DNA of 64,000 nt from a virus. Location of the stretch: positions 451 to 64,450 of IMG/VR virus record IMGVR_UViG_3300012086_000038. One strand, written 5' to 3'. The position numbers and the translations under genes are program-made. The notes below the pieces were generated by a model. It was not told where the DNA came from, did no database searches, and saw only the letters and a program-made list of their open reading frames with translations. This document shows, one piece after another, positions 1 to 8,275 of this stretch (within the stretch, counting starts at the first letter, position 1; each line of letters begins with the position of its first letter).

Positions 1-931
1 TTTTCAAGCGATTCATAGCTTTGATAAATCTCCCCCGATATTTATCGTAGGTCATGGAGGTTCCCTGCTGACCGTTTTCATCATTGAAGAGATACTCTCT
101 TGACACATCATAACGTTTTTCAATGAGTGGACGGATAAGAGGGTGAATAGGAACAAATCTGTTTTTTCCTGCCCGTGTTTTCAAACCGCCAAACATAGTA
201 TTTGCAGAAAGGTCGATATTGGCATTTTTTAAAGTAGCCAATTCTTGTGGTCTCCATCCAGAATAAATATCTATCAGTATCATATCTACAAAAGGTACTT
301 CATCAACATTATCCCACAGAATTTTAATTTCTTCATCGGAAAAAGGAATGTTTTCTTTTTTATTTTCTTCTTTTAGTTCAGCAACAGAATCATCAAGACT
401 GAACATGCGAGCATAATTTTTTTCGGCTGCCTCATGCTCACATGCATAATCAAATAGAAGATTGAACATAGACTTCATTCGTTCCTTTGTAGAAGGTGAT
501 GCCAGTATCTTTTGGCCTTTCTTCTTTCCTGTTGAACCTATAATGTAACCATCGTTAATACAACCCTTAAGATGATATATACGAATATCCTTTACCTTCA
601 TTCTTTCTATGATAGAACAGTATCGCCATGCTGCAGCTATAGTACGTGTTGCAGACTCTGATATAGATTTAAAATACTCCTCTGTCCATAATTCGTAAAG
701 TTCCTTTAAGGTTATTGAATCAGTTTTTATATCGTATGGATTTTGATTGTAATTTGCCAGTGCGTTTATGGCTTCTTGTTTAGTTGCATAAGTACCAAGT
801 AATGGGCGCTCCTGTATCATTTTATCCTGTTCGGGATTGTATATCCAGCCTTTTGTAATTCTGACAGCCCAAGGTTTCCGGCGCTTACCAGAAAGCTTGA
901 CAACGCTGCCATATCCGTTTGGTAGCTTCAA
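1..931 (-). CDS. int: Tyrosine recombinase (phage integrase), 3' end outside window
   Basis: Not in ORF track; read manually: TTG start at 931 after GAGGTG RBS, N-terminus MKLPNGYGSVVKLSGKRRKPWAVRITKGW typical of Firmicutes phage integrases; catalytic Arg region ...IYTGWRPQE. Confidence 0.92.
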   Translation of the reverse strand, partial: MKLPNGYGSVVKLSGKRRKPWAVRITKGWIYNPEQDKMIQERPLLGTYATKQEAINALANYNQNPYDIKTDSITLKELYELWTEEYFKSISESATRTIAAAWRYCSIIERMKVKDIRIYHLKGCINDGYIIGSTGKKKGQKILASPSTKERMKSMFNLLFDYACEHEAAEKNYARMFSLDDSVAELKEENKKENIPFSDEEIKILWDNVDEVPFVDMILIDIYSGWRPQELATLKNANIDLSANTMFGGLKTRAGKNRFVPIHPLIRPLIEKRYDVSREYLFNDENGQQGTSMTYDKYRGRFIKAMNRLK

Positions 932-993
932 GTTAACACCTCATTTGCGGTATATTTATTTTTACGCATAATCTTAAAACAGTATTCAGTTAA

Positions 994-1323
994 TTATTTT
1001 GCAGAAAGCATATTATTAAACTGTATCTGCCATTCAAGTATTTTTGTGAAGTAGAATTGATATTCTTCTCCTGCATAGGTAGAAACTACTAAAGTCTTAC
1101 TTAGCAGACGTTTCTTTTCCGAAACACCTTTGATACTGCTAATCGGGATATCAAAATCATAATCCCCTTGTGTGAGATTTACCAGTAAACCCATGATAGC
1201 GATTTTAGCCAGACTGTGCTTTGAGTATATAAACCTTTGATTGGTAAGTATCGCATGACCATTTTCCACAAATGCGCCTTTAATGTGGTTGCATACGCCT
1301 TGAATGATAATTTTTTCTTCCAT
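994..1323 (-). CDS. Small PH/GRAM-like domain protein (109 aa)
   Basis: True start MEEKIIIQG at 1323 behind GGAGGA; pattern G.AILTNQRFIY...FDIPISSIKGV...LVV.T..GEEYQF resembles bacterial PH-like folds. Confidence 0.6.
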   Translation of the reverse strand: MEEKIIIQGVCNHIKGAFVENGHAILTNQRFIYSKHSLAKIAIMGLLVNLTQGDYDFDIPISSIKGVSEKKRLLSKTLVVSTYAGEEYQFYFTKILEWQIQFNNMLSAK

Positions 1324-1358
1324 CGGTGATCCTCCTAGTTCTGATGAGGTAATGGTAG

Positions 1359-1447
1359 GGATAATCCGTTGGACGCTCCGGTGGAAAGTCCGTGGAAAAT
1401 CCGCTGTAACCAGTACCATTACCAGTACCATTACCAGTACCATTACC
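1359..1447 (+). repeat. Iteron-like array A: 4 x GGAnnnTCC (1359, 1371, 1383, 1394) followed by 7 hexamers (GTAACC, then AGTACC/ATTACC alternating)
   Basis: Read directly; 27/29 nt core identity to 48026-48054. Confidence 0.85.
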
Positions 1448-1477
1448 TTAAAAAGAATATAAATACAGTGTGAAAAT

Positions 1478-2077
1478 TTAATTCAGAACGGACGTTCGGG
1501 GGGGGGGGGTAGAGCTTAACTGTAAATTTTCTACAGTGCTTTGTAGGTCTTCGTATGTAGTTTTTGTTGGTTTTAAAGAAAGCAGAGAACTTAAAGTAAT
1601 GCTTTTTTGATTGCTGCATTTTTCATCCAGGATATATGTAGGCAGCACATAGAACTCCCAGTTTTCTAACTGCAACGGAGATTCATTGCGGTCCTTGCTT
1701 GCATACAAGCAGAATACATATAAATCAGACCAGCGTTTCGATTCCTCGCTATAATCGTTTTCAGCATCCCACGCATACGCAGGGCGTATACTGAATTGTA
1801 TTCTGGACAGTCTCTCTACATTCCAGCTTTGAAGATAAGCAGAGCATTTTACTTCAATCCTTCGGCCTGACTTTGTTTTCAGGTCAAAAGCGGTCCAGTC
1901 TTCCCGGCATTCATTGGTATCTAACCCGATAGCGGAAGCAACGACAAATTCTGCTAAAGCACCACGAAGGGTATTGTTCAGCAGGTCAGAAGAGTTCCAG
2001 GCCCAGAAATCGTTAAGTAGCATCCCTACCGGCATTCCGTCATAGGTGAAATGTTCATTTCCAGTTAAAGTTTGCAT
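1478..2077 (-). CDS. PD-(D/E)XK restriction-endonuclease-like protein (199 aa)
   Basis: Own RBS GGAGGTG and ATG at 2077; motifs RGALAEFVV...FDLKT...RIEVKCS. Confidence 0.7.
   Translation of the reverse strand: MQTLTGNEHFTYDGMPVGMLLNDFWAWNSSDLLNNTLRGALAEFVVASAIGLDTNECREDWTAFDLKTKSGRRIEVKCSAYLQSWNVERLSRIQFSIRPAYAWDAENDYSEESKRWSDLYVFCLYASKDRNESPLQLENWEFYVLPTYILDEKCSNQKSITLSSLLSLKPTKTTYEDLQSTVENLQLSSTPPPRTSVLN
1498..1509. repeat. G12 homopolymer (C12 on coding strand) in the last codons of the nuclease gene
   Basis: 12 consecutive G in an otherwise AT-rich sequence. Confidence 0.9.
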
Positions 2078-2446
2078 TTTCACACCTCCAATCTTTGAAA
2101 AAATAAAAGTGGCAAAATGATTTGCCATCGTTTCTTGCTTTGCCAGAGGAATGGTAATTTCCCAATCTGGCGATATATGACCATAATAGATATGACCTAT
2201 CTCATGTAGCACATGGTAAAATATCTCTGTCAGCGGCAGTTTATCGTTATATGCAATCACATATGAATGTAATTTATAGCTGAAGAAAACAAAAGCGTTA
2301 TAACTGAACTTGCTTTTAAGATTCTCCAAGGACAAATCCAATTTAGATGATATGTTCCTATACGGCGTGAGATGCAAGTCGTAATCTATTTGTCCTCGAA
2401 TTTTTTTACAGCTTCTTGCCGGACAGGAGAATCTTTTTGGTTCCAC
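2078..2446 (-). CDS. ImmA/IrrE-family metallopeptidase domain, in frame with the downstream nuclease with no stop between them; start uncertain
   Basis: HEIGH (HExxH) zinc motif followed by QETMANHFA (E..AN.FA motif); directly downstream of the repressor. Confidence 0.7.
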
Positions 2447-2799
2447 TTGTCTTGACCGGAAGCAGCTATCTTAATAGTTGAATCATGGTATTTATCCAGA
2501 ACTGCCCATACAACCTTAAGGTCACTCTCCGTTGCCTTGCTGTAGCAAGAAATAAGGTTCTCTATTTCCTCGGTAAATGATTGACGGTTGGGAATGGAAG
2601 TAAGGCCAAGGAGATAGTCCGTGCTTACGTTCAGGGCATTTGCTATGGATGCTACCAAATCGACTCGTGGCATACGGTCACTATTAGTCAGGTATCTGGA
2701 TATAGTGGCTTCGGTTGTATGTGCCATTTCTGCTAATGCCCTTTGCGTAATGCCTCGCTGCTGTAGCAGGTTGTATAGTATATTTGAAAAATTCTGCAT
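2386..2799 (-). CDS. XRE-family HTH repressor (CI/ImmR-like, no S24 autopeptidase domain)
   Basis: RGITQRALAEMAHTTEATISRYL...PRVDLVASIANALNVSTDYLLG; divergent from cro-like gene. Confidence 0.9.
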   Translation of the reverse strand: MQNFSNILYNLLQQRGITQRALAEMAHTTEATISRYLTNSDRMPRVDLVASIANALNVSTDYLLGLTSIPNRQSFTEEIENLISCYSKATESDLKVVWAVLDKYHDSTIKIAASGQDKWNQKDSPVRQEAVKKFEDK

Positions 2800-2812
2800 T
2801 ATATCACCTCTG

Positions 2813-2856
2813 ATTATAGAATAGGTATAGGATACCTCAAACTTACCGAATAGTAA
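2813..2856 (-). promoter_or_regulatory. Repressor promoter (TTGAGG-16-TATAAT on minus strand) with operator TTACC-GAAT-AGTAA at 2843-2856 just upstream of -35
   Basis: Hexamers at 2840-2835 and 2818-2813; RBS GAGGTG before ATG 2799. Confidence 0.6.
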
Positions 2857-2886
2857 ATATAACTTACAAAAAATATAATATTCTTA

Positions 2887-2915
2887 TTGACAATTACCAA
2901 TAGGTAAGTTAGAAT
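2887..2915 (+). promoter_or_regulatory. Lytic (cro) promoter TTGACA-17-TAGAAT with operator TTACC-AATA-GGTAA (2894-2907) in the spacer
   Basis: Near-consensus sigma-A hexamers with exact 17-bp spacing. Confidence 0.85.
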
Positions 2916-2948
2916 GACAATATAAAAATTAATAAAGGAGGAGTTAAA

Positions 2949-3170
2949 ATGGATACAAAAAGGCTTCGGGAACTTCGAGCCGGAAGACGTGTCTCTCTTG
3001 ATGAACTGGGTAATGTTATCGGAAAATCTAAAGTTTCCTACAGCAAAAAAGAGAGAGGGGAAGTTAAGTTCCTTCCGGATGAAATCATAGCCTTATCTAA
3101 TTTTTACAATTTAAGCATGGAGGAAACAAATTATATTTTTTTTGACGGGAACTTACCAAATGGTAAGTAA
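2949..3170 (+). CDS. Cro-like XRE HTH protein
   Basis: 73 aa HTH, first gene of rightward operon, AAGGAGGAG RBS. Confidence 0.85.
   Translation: MDTKRLRELRAGRRVSLDELGNVIGKSKVSYSKKERGEVKFLPDEIIALSNFYNLSMEETNYIFFDGNLPNGK
3153..3166. promoter_or_regulatory. Operator TTACC-AAAT-GGTAA within the last codons of cro
   Basis: Perfect match to the recurrent palindrome. Confidence 0.7.
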
Positions 3171-3218
3171 TGTCTCACTTCCATGAGGTTATTATAACCG
3201 GAAAGGAGAGTAAAGGAC

Positions 3219-3734
3219 ATGGAGAGTGGTTGTATAAATACAGGTTACAGTATCTACTTTCAATGTAGGAAAACAGCGGCAAAGTACAATGAGAAGCTGG
3301 AAAGCAGGGAAGGTGCGGCTGAATACCTCGGAATATCAGTTTCTTCTTTAGCAAATTACGAGTTAGGAATTACAAAAGTAGTACCGGTAGATGTAGTCAT
3401 GAGGATGGCCGACTTATACAATGCGCCACAATTAAAAAACCTGTATTGCAAGAATGAATGTCCATTGGGAAAGGAACAGTCACTAGCTGTTGAAGTAAAA
3501 AGTTTGGAAGCGGTGACAGTGAAGATAGTCTCGAATTTGGATAGCGGATTAATTGGGGAAATGAAAAAACGGTTGCTGCAAATTGCAGAAGATGGGCAGT
3601 TATCTTCAGAAGAGGAAGAAAAAGATTTTCGTAAAATTGTGCAGGTATTAGATAAACTGGCAATTACAATCAGTGAATTGAAGTTGCTGGAAAAAAAGCT
3701 ATTGAGTAAAGGTTGTGATGAAATTGGATGCTAA
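3219..3734 (+). CDS. HTH regulator with CII-like C-terminal region
   Basis: SREGAAEYLGISVSSLANYELG HTH; YCKNECPLG motif typical of Firmicutes phage regulators. Confidence 0.7.
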   Translation: MESGCINTGYSIYFQCRKTAAKYNEKLESREGAAEYLGISVSSLANYELGITKVVPVDVVMRMADLYNAPQLKNLYCKNECPLGKEQSLAVEVKSLEAVTVKIVSNLDSGLIGEMKKRLLQIAEDGQLSSEEEEKDFRKIVQVLDKLAITISELKLLEKKLLSKGCDEIGC

Positions 3735-3793
3735 GAAAACAGAAGAATACCATACTGTAAGGAAAGCAGTAGGCTTTATTTATTACAGAGAGG

Positions 3794-4018
3794 ATGATTA
3801 ACATGTGTAGTATTTGTTTACAAAATCCGTGTGCGAGCAGATGTCCGAATGCATCGGAGCCGAAACCAGTTGAATGCTGTGTACTTTGCGGAGAAGGAAT
3901 TTATGAAGGTGGCAAGTATTTTGAAAGTAATGAAGGGCCGGTATGCAAGGAATGCATGGAAGAAAAAAGCTATGAAGAGATTCTAGATATATTTGGTGAA
4001 AGCATGAAGACGGCATAG
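3794..4018 (+). CDS. Small Cys-rich (Zn-binding) phage protein
   Basis: CxxC pairs; RBS; operon context. Confidence 0.65.
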   Translation: MINMCSICLQNPCASRCPNASEPKPVECCVLCGEGIYEGGKYFESNEGPVCKECMEEKSYEEILDIFGESMKTA

Positions 4019-4027
4019 GAGGATAGG

Positions 4028-4648
4028 ATGTTCAACAAAGAGAGTGGCATTCCGGAGTTTCCGGAATTGCAGTTTGAAGAAAGCAGACACATTTATACGC
4101 TTAACGGCCAGATACTCCCAAGTGTGACTACTGTAATGAGGCCGTTGAATGAGGCGTTATATAGGGGAATAGATGAAGAGGTTATGAGATTGGCAGCGGC
4201 AAGGGGAACGGCAATACATAACGCTGTTGAAAACTATGTATTGTACGGAGTGGAAGACATTGAGTCAATCCACAGGGGATATTTTGATGGATTCCTGAAA
4301 TGGTGGGATGATTACAAGCCGGAGCCAATGGCAACAGAAAGCAGGATGTATCATAAATTCCTTCGATACGCTGGAACCGCTGACCTGCCTTGCATGATTA
4401 ATAGCAGGAAAGTCTTGATAGATTACAAAACTTCGGCAGTAGTGAATGAAATGTTGACCGGAGTACAGTTAGAGGGATACGCAAAAGCGTATGAAAGCCA
4501 TGGATTCAGATTTGATGAAAAGGCGATTGTCCATTTAAAGAATGATGGTTCCTATAAGATGATTAAATATAAAGCAATTGATATTGAAAACTGGCAAGTG
4601 TTTAGTTCTCTGATGATTGTCTGGAACCATATTCAAAAATATAAGTAG
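4028..4648 (+). CDS. PD-(D/E)XK exonuclease of the recombination module
   Basis: LPSVTTV...RGTAIHNAVE...YAGTADL...VLIDYKTS...QLEGYA. Confidence 0.85.
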   Translation: MFNKESGIPEFPELQFEESRHIYTLNGQILPSVTTVMRPLNEALYRGIDEEVMRLAAARGTAIHNAVENYVLYGVEDIESIHRGYFDGFLKWWDDYKPEPMATESRMYHKFLRYAGTADLPCMINSRKVLIDYKTSAVVNEMLTGVQLEGYAKAYESHGFRFDEKAIVHLKNDGSYKMIKYKAIDIENWQVFSSLMIVWNHIQKYK

Positions 4649-4658
4649 GAGGCAAAGC

Positions 4659-4922
4659 ATGGAACAGAAAAAAATGTTACTGGTGGAAATGGATGAAAAG
4701 GGGATTCATACAAAAGTTACCGGAGTTCCGGTTGACATTATGTGTATGGCAACTGAAGCATTAAAGGCCAGCAAAGAAGCCCTTGAAAAACATCCGGCTA
4801 TCTGCCCTAAAATGTCAGTGAAGCTCATGGATAACGTAGTAGATACTTACCAGACAGAAGCTCACTATGGTAAAGAAGTGGCAGAGTTTAAGGCATTCTT
4901 AAAATGTTTGAACTTAAGTTAG
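4659..4922 (+). CDS. Hypothetical protein
   Basis: ATG at 4659 behind AGGAGG. Confidence 0.6.
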   Translation: MEQKKMLLVEMDEKGIHTKVTGVPVDIMCMATEALKASKEALEKHPAICPKMSVKLMDNVVDTYQTEAHYGKEVAEFKAFLKCLNLS

Positions 4923-4932
4923 GAGGAAAATA

Positions 4933-5652
4933 ATGAGCAAAGAAGTAACGGAATCAGTAGTAGCAACAGTAGAATTGCCACAAGGGGCTGAGAAAGAAGC
5001 GGTGATTCAGGAAGAGGTCAGCTTGGTAGAGGTCCAGGTAAAAGAAATGGTTATCTCTAATGATGTGGAATACGAACAGGCGGCAAAGCTTGGCAAACAG
5101 ATTAAGGCCAAAGCGAAAGTGGTAACTGACTTTTTTGAACCGATGAAGACTACAGCTTATCAAGCACACCGGGCAGTGTGCGAGAGGGAGAAAACGATGC
5201 TGAAACCTCTTCAGGATGCGGAAAAGACATTGAAAAAAAGCATGTCCACATACCATCAGGAACAGGAACATAAGCGGAGAGAGCTGGAAGAAAAGTTACG
5301 CAGGGAGGCTGAAGCGGAAAAAGAACGTAAGCTGAATGAAGCGATTGCATTAGAAGCGGCTGGAAAGATAGAGGAAGCAGAAGCAGCCATGTTTGATGCA
5401 CAGGTTACGGAAAGTGTTGCTGGAAAAACAGTAGTGGTAATGAGTACACCAAAAGTCAGCGGCGTGAGCAATAGCAAGGATTGGGAAATCGAAAGCATTG
5501 ACAAGGAGAAAGTTCCGGTAAATTTTTCGGGAGTAGAAATCAGACCAGTAGATGAAAAAGCGGTCATGAGGTTAATCAAGGCTTCAAAAGGAACCATCAA
5601 GATACCAGGCATCAAGTATAAAGAAACCGTGAAAATGAGCATAAGGAGGTAG
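4933..5652 (+). CDS. Coiled-coil protein of the exonuclease-recombinase module (Gp157/Gam-like position)
   Basis: Long charged helix; lies between exonuclease and Bet. Confidence 0.6.
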   Translation: MSKEVTESVVATVELPQGAEKEAVIQEEVSLVEVQVKEMVISNDVEYEQAAKLGKQIKAKAKVVTDFFEPMKTTAYQAHRAVCEREKTMLKPLQDAEKTLKKSMSTYHQEQEHKRRELEEKLRREAEAEKERKLNEAIALEAAGKIEEAEAAMFDAQVTESVAGKTVVVMSTPKVSGVSNSKDWEIESIDKEKVPVNFSGVEIRPVDEKAVMRLIKASKGTIKIPGIKYKETVKMSIRR

Positions 5653-5657
5653 TTATC

Positions 5658-6557
5658 ATGACAGAGAAGAAGTCGGAACTTATGGTTGTTGATTACGATA
5701 CCGCCCTCGGACACATCAGATTGACAACAGAAGACGTAAAGAATTATCTGGTAAGCGGTACGTCACAGGTGACAGATAAAGAAATTAAATTGTTTATGGA
5801 GCTTTGTAAATATCAGAAATTGAATCCGTTTACAGGTGAGGCTTATGCAATTAAATTTGGTAATGAATTTCAAATGGTAGTGGGATATGAGACTTACAAG
5901 AGAAGAGCGGAAGAGAATCCGACATACCGTGGAAGAAAATCAGGAATCGTTGTACTTCGGGGAGAAAATGTAGTCCAGAAAGAGGGTACATGCGTATATC
6001 CTTCAGAAATACTTCTTGGTGGATGGTGCAGGGTTTTTGTTCAGCGGCCAGAATTTAAAGATGAAATGTACAAAGAAGTTGGTTTATCTGAATATCGGAA
6101 GATGAAAGACGGAAAGCCTTCAGCTAATTGGGCAACAAAGCCAGCTACCATGATAGAAAAGGTTGCTGTTTCCCAAGCATTAAGAGCAGCCTTTCCTACG
6201 GATTATCAAGGATTGTATACAGCAGAAGAGTTCGGGCAGGATGGAAAGTTGACAGAAGAATTTGTAAATGCGGAGGTAGTTGAGGAAGCTGGTGATTCAG
6301 GAGCGGGTTCAGTTATTATCAATCAGGAGCAGAGGCAAGAGTTTTTGAAGATGGCAACAGATTTCTATGGAAAAAAGAAGGGCAATGCAGTTATCAACTA
6401 TATCTGCCAGCAAATAGGACTTGAATCCACAACAAATATGACAGTGAGCCAGTTTGAAAGAGCTATGGAAATGCTGGAACATGGCATAGAGGTAGATAAG
6501 AAAAAGATGGAACAACCGGCTGAAAAGAGTGAAGTTCCGGATGCAGAAAAGAAGTAA
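5658..6557 (+). CDS. bet: Single-strand annealing recombinase Bet/RecT
   Basis: FMELCKYQKLNPF..EAY.IKFG; W..KPATMIEKVAVSQALR.AFP...GLY..EE. Confidence 0.9.
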   Translation: MTEKKSELMVVDYDTALGHIRLTTEDVKNYLVSGTSQVTDKEIKLFMELCKYQKLNPFTGEAYAIKFGNEFQMVVGYETYKRRAEENPTYRGRKSGIVVLRGENVVQKEGTCVYPSEILLGGWCRVFVQRPEFKDEMYKEVGLSEYRKMKDGKPSANWATKPATMIEKVAVSQALRAAFPTDYQGLYTAEEFGQDGKLTEEFVNAEVVEEAGDSGAGSVIINQEQRQEFLKMATDFYGKKKGNAVINYICQQIGLESTTNMTVSQFERAMEMLEHGIEVDKKKMEQPAEKSEVPDAEKK

Positions 6558-6610
6558 TATTCCCTGGCGGTGGGCGAAAGTCTACCGCCGAAATAAAGGT
6601 GGTGATTTTG

Positions 6611-7417
6611 TTGGCATGGATTAGCGTTCATGACCATGTTATCGGAGGGAAGTTGCGAGAGCTATCAAAAACGCTCGGTTGTTCGCAGAAAGAAGCACTC
6701 GGTATTCTGGTATCACTTTGGATATGGGGAATCAATAACGCTGATAAAAATGGAAAATTAAAAAGTTGTGATAGGAACGATATAGCTGAAGTTTTATCCA
6801 TTGGGATTAGTGACGGCTTGAATCCTGAAAACATCGTCATGGGCCTGATTGAACAGAAATGGATTGATGAAGAGGAAGACGGCACACTTTACCTGCATGA
6901 TTGGGATGTCTGGCAAGAGCAATGGTATAAATTCCTTAGTGCGAAAGAATATGATGCAAAGCGGAAGAGAGAGGCCAGGGCAAGGAAAAAAGCGGAAGCC
7001 CAAGAGGATGAAGAACCACTGGAAGAGAAAAAAGATGACATTCCACTGGAAAGTCCATCGGAGAGTCCAGAGGATAGTCCAGAGGATAGTCCGCCGGATA
7101 AAAAGAATAACCCCTATTCAAAGGATTTTGAAATATTTTGGAGGGAGTATCCAAATAAAGTCGGAAAGGGCGAGGCATATAAGAAGTACAAGGCAAGGTT
7201 GAATGATGGATGGAGTGAGTTAGAACTGCTGGAGGCAGCCAAGAATTACGCAAGTAAAGTAGTGAGGGAACGGACAGACAAGCAGTACATCAAACACGCC
7301 AAGACGTTTTTGTCTGATTCCACACCATTCACGGATTATTTGCCACAGGAAAGTTCAAATGAAAGTGAACCTGCCGGAGAGCAAAAATCAAATCCATTTG
7401 CACAGTGGAAGGAGTAG
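6611..7417 (+). CDS. Phage replication initiator / replisome organizer
   Basis: N-terminal GILVSLWIW, central SPEDSPEDSPPD repeat, C-terminal FEIFWREYPNKVGK...KHAKTFL; upstream of DnaC-like gene; probable TTG start 6611. Confidence 0.85.
   Translation: MAWISVHDHVIGGKLRELSKTLGCSQKEALGILVSLWIWGINNADKNGKLKSCDRNDIAEVLSIGISDGLNPENIVMGLIEQKWIDEEEDGTLYLHDWDVWQEQWYKFLSAKEYDAKRKREARARKKAEAQEDEEPLEEKKDDIPLESPSESPEDSPEDSPPDKKNNPYSKDFEIFWREYPNKVGKGEAYKKYKARLNDGWSELELLEAAKNYASKVVRERTDKQYIKHAKTFLSDSTPFTDYLPQESSNESEPAGEQKSNPFAQWKE
7036..7100 (+). repeat. Intragenic iterons (probable replication origin): GGAnAGTCC at 7048, 7060, 7072, 7084 (12-bp period), degenerate copies at 7036 and 7096
   Basis: Read directly; iterons inside the initiator gene as in lambda O. 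Confidence 0.75.
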
Positions 7418-7422
7418 ATACG

Positions 7423-8274
7423 ATGGTCGGAAACTTAACACAGGATATATTAGAAAAGCTGGCAAACGTATCATATGCTGAAGACGGTGACTATACAGGT
7501 GATGAAGGGCTTCTTTATTGCGGCAAGTGCAACACAAGGAAAGAAAGGGAAATAGTATGGCCTGATAAAACGATTCGGAAAGTTGGCGTGATGTGCAGGT
7601 GCAGGAAAAAAGAAAATGAATCAACCAATGCACGTATGCAGAAAGATGAAGAAATGCGCAACCTACGTTTGGCCAGAATCAGTAGCATGATGGATAATTC
7701 TTTTCATTCATCTACTTTTGATAATTACATTAAGAATAAGTTGAATGAAAAGCATTGGAACAATGCAATGAATTATTGCCGGGAATTTAAGGCGATGTAC
7801 GAGAGGAATCAAGGCTTACTGCTTTATGGCAGTGTTGGAACCGGAAAGAGTTATACAGCCGCCTGTATTGCAAATTACCTACTGAACCATAACGTGTCTG
7901 TGGTAATGACATCTTTTGTCCGCATATTGCAGGAAATGCAGGGGTTCGACCGGGAAAAAGAAGAAGCATTCAGCAGTAAGCTAAGCAGCGTAAAATTGCT
8001 CGTTATTGATGACCTTGGAGCAGAACGCAATACGGATTATGCATTGGAAAAGGTGTACGGAATTGTTGACAACAGGTATAGGGCTAAAAAGCCGCTGATA
8101 CTAACAACCAACCTGACGTTGGAACAGATGCAGGCGGCAAGTGATATCCGCTATGAACGTATCTATGACAGGATATTTGAAATGTGCTTTCCTATAGAGT
8201 TCACCGGAATATCTTGGAGAAAGAGGGAAGCGGCACAACGGTATGAAGAAACCAAAAAATTGTTGGAGGGATAG
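7423..8274 (+). CDS. DnaC/IstB-like AAA+ helicase loader
   Basis: CGKC..CRC Zn motif, Walker A GSVGTGKS, Walker B LLVIDDLG, ILTTNL. Confidence 0.92.
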   Translation: MVGNLTQDILEKLANVSYAEDGDYTGDEGLLYCGKCNTRKEREIVWPDKTIRKVGVMCRCRKKENESTNARMQKDEEMRNLRLARISSMMDNSFHSSTFDNYIKNKLNEKHWNNAMNYCREFKAMYERNQGLLLYGSVGTGKSYTAACIANYLLNHNVSVVMTSFVRILQEMQGFDREKEEAFSSKLSSVKLLVIDDLGAERNTDYALEKVYGIVDNRYRAKKPLILTTNLTLEQMQAASDIRYERIYDRIFEMCFPIEFTGISWRKREAAQRYEETKKLLEG

Positions 8275-8275
8275 A

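Noticed and set aside
1324-1443. N-terminal MVLVMVLVMVLV extension of the 149-aa ORF
   Set aside because: It is the translated hexamer repeat; a strong GGAGGA RBS supports the start at 1323
1406-1447. Hexamer and 12-bp repeats as CRISPR array
   Set aside because: Units too short, no unique spacers, no cas genes in the window
4028-4648. Exonuclease as Cas4 of a CRISPR system
   Set aside because: Lies in a standard exonuclease-Bet recombination module; no array or other cas genes
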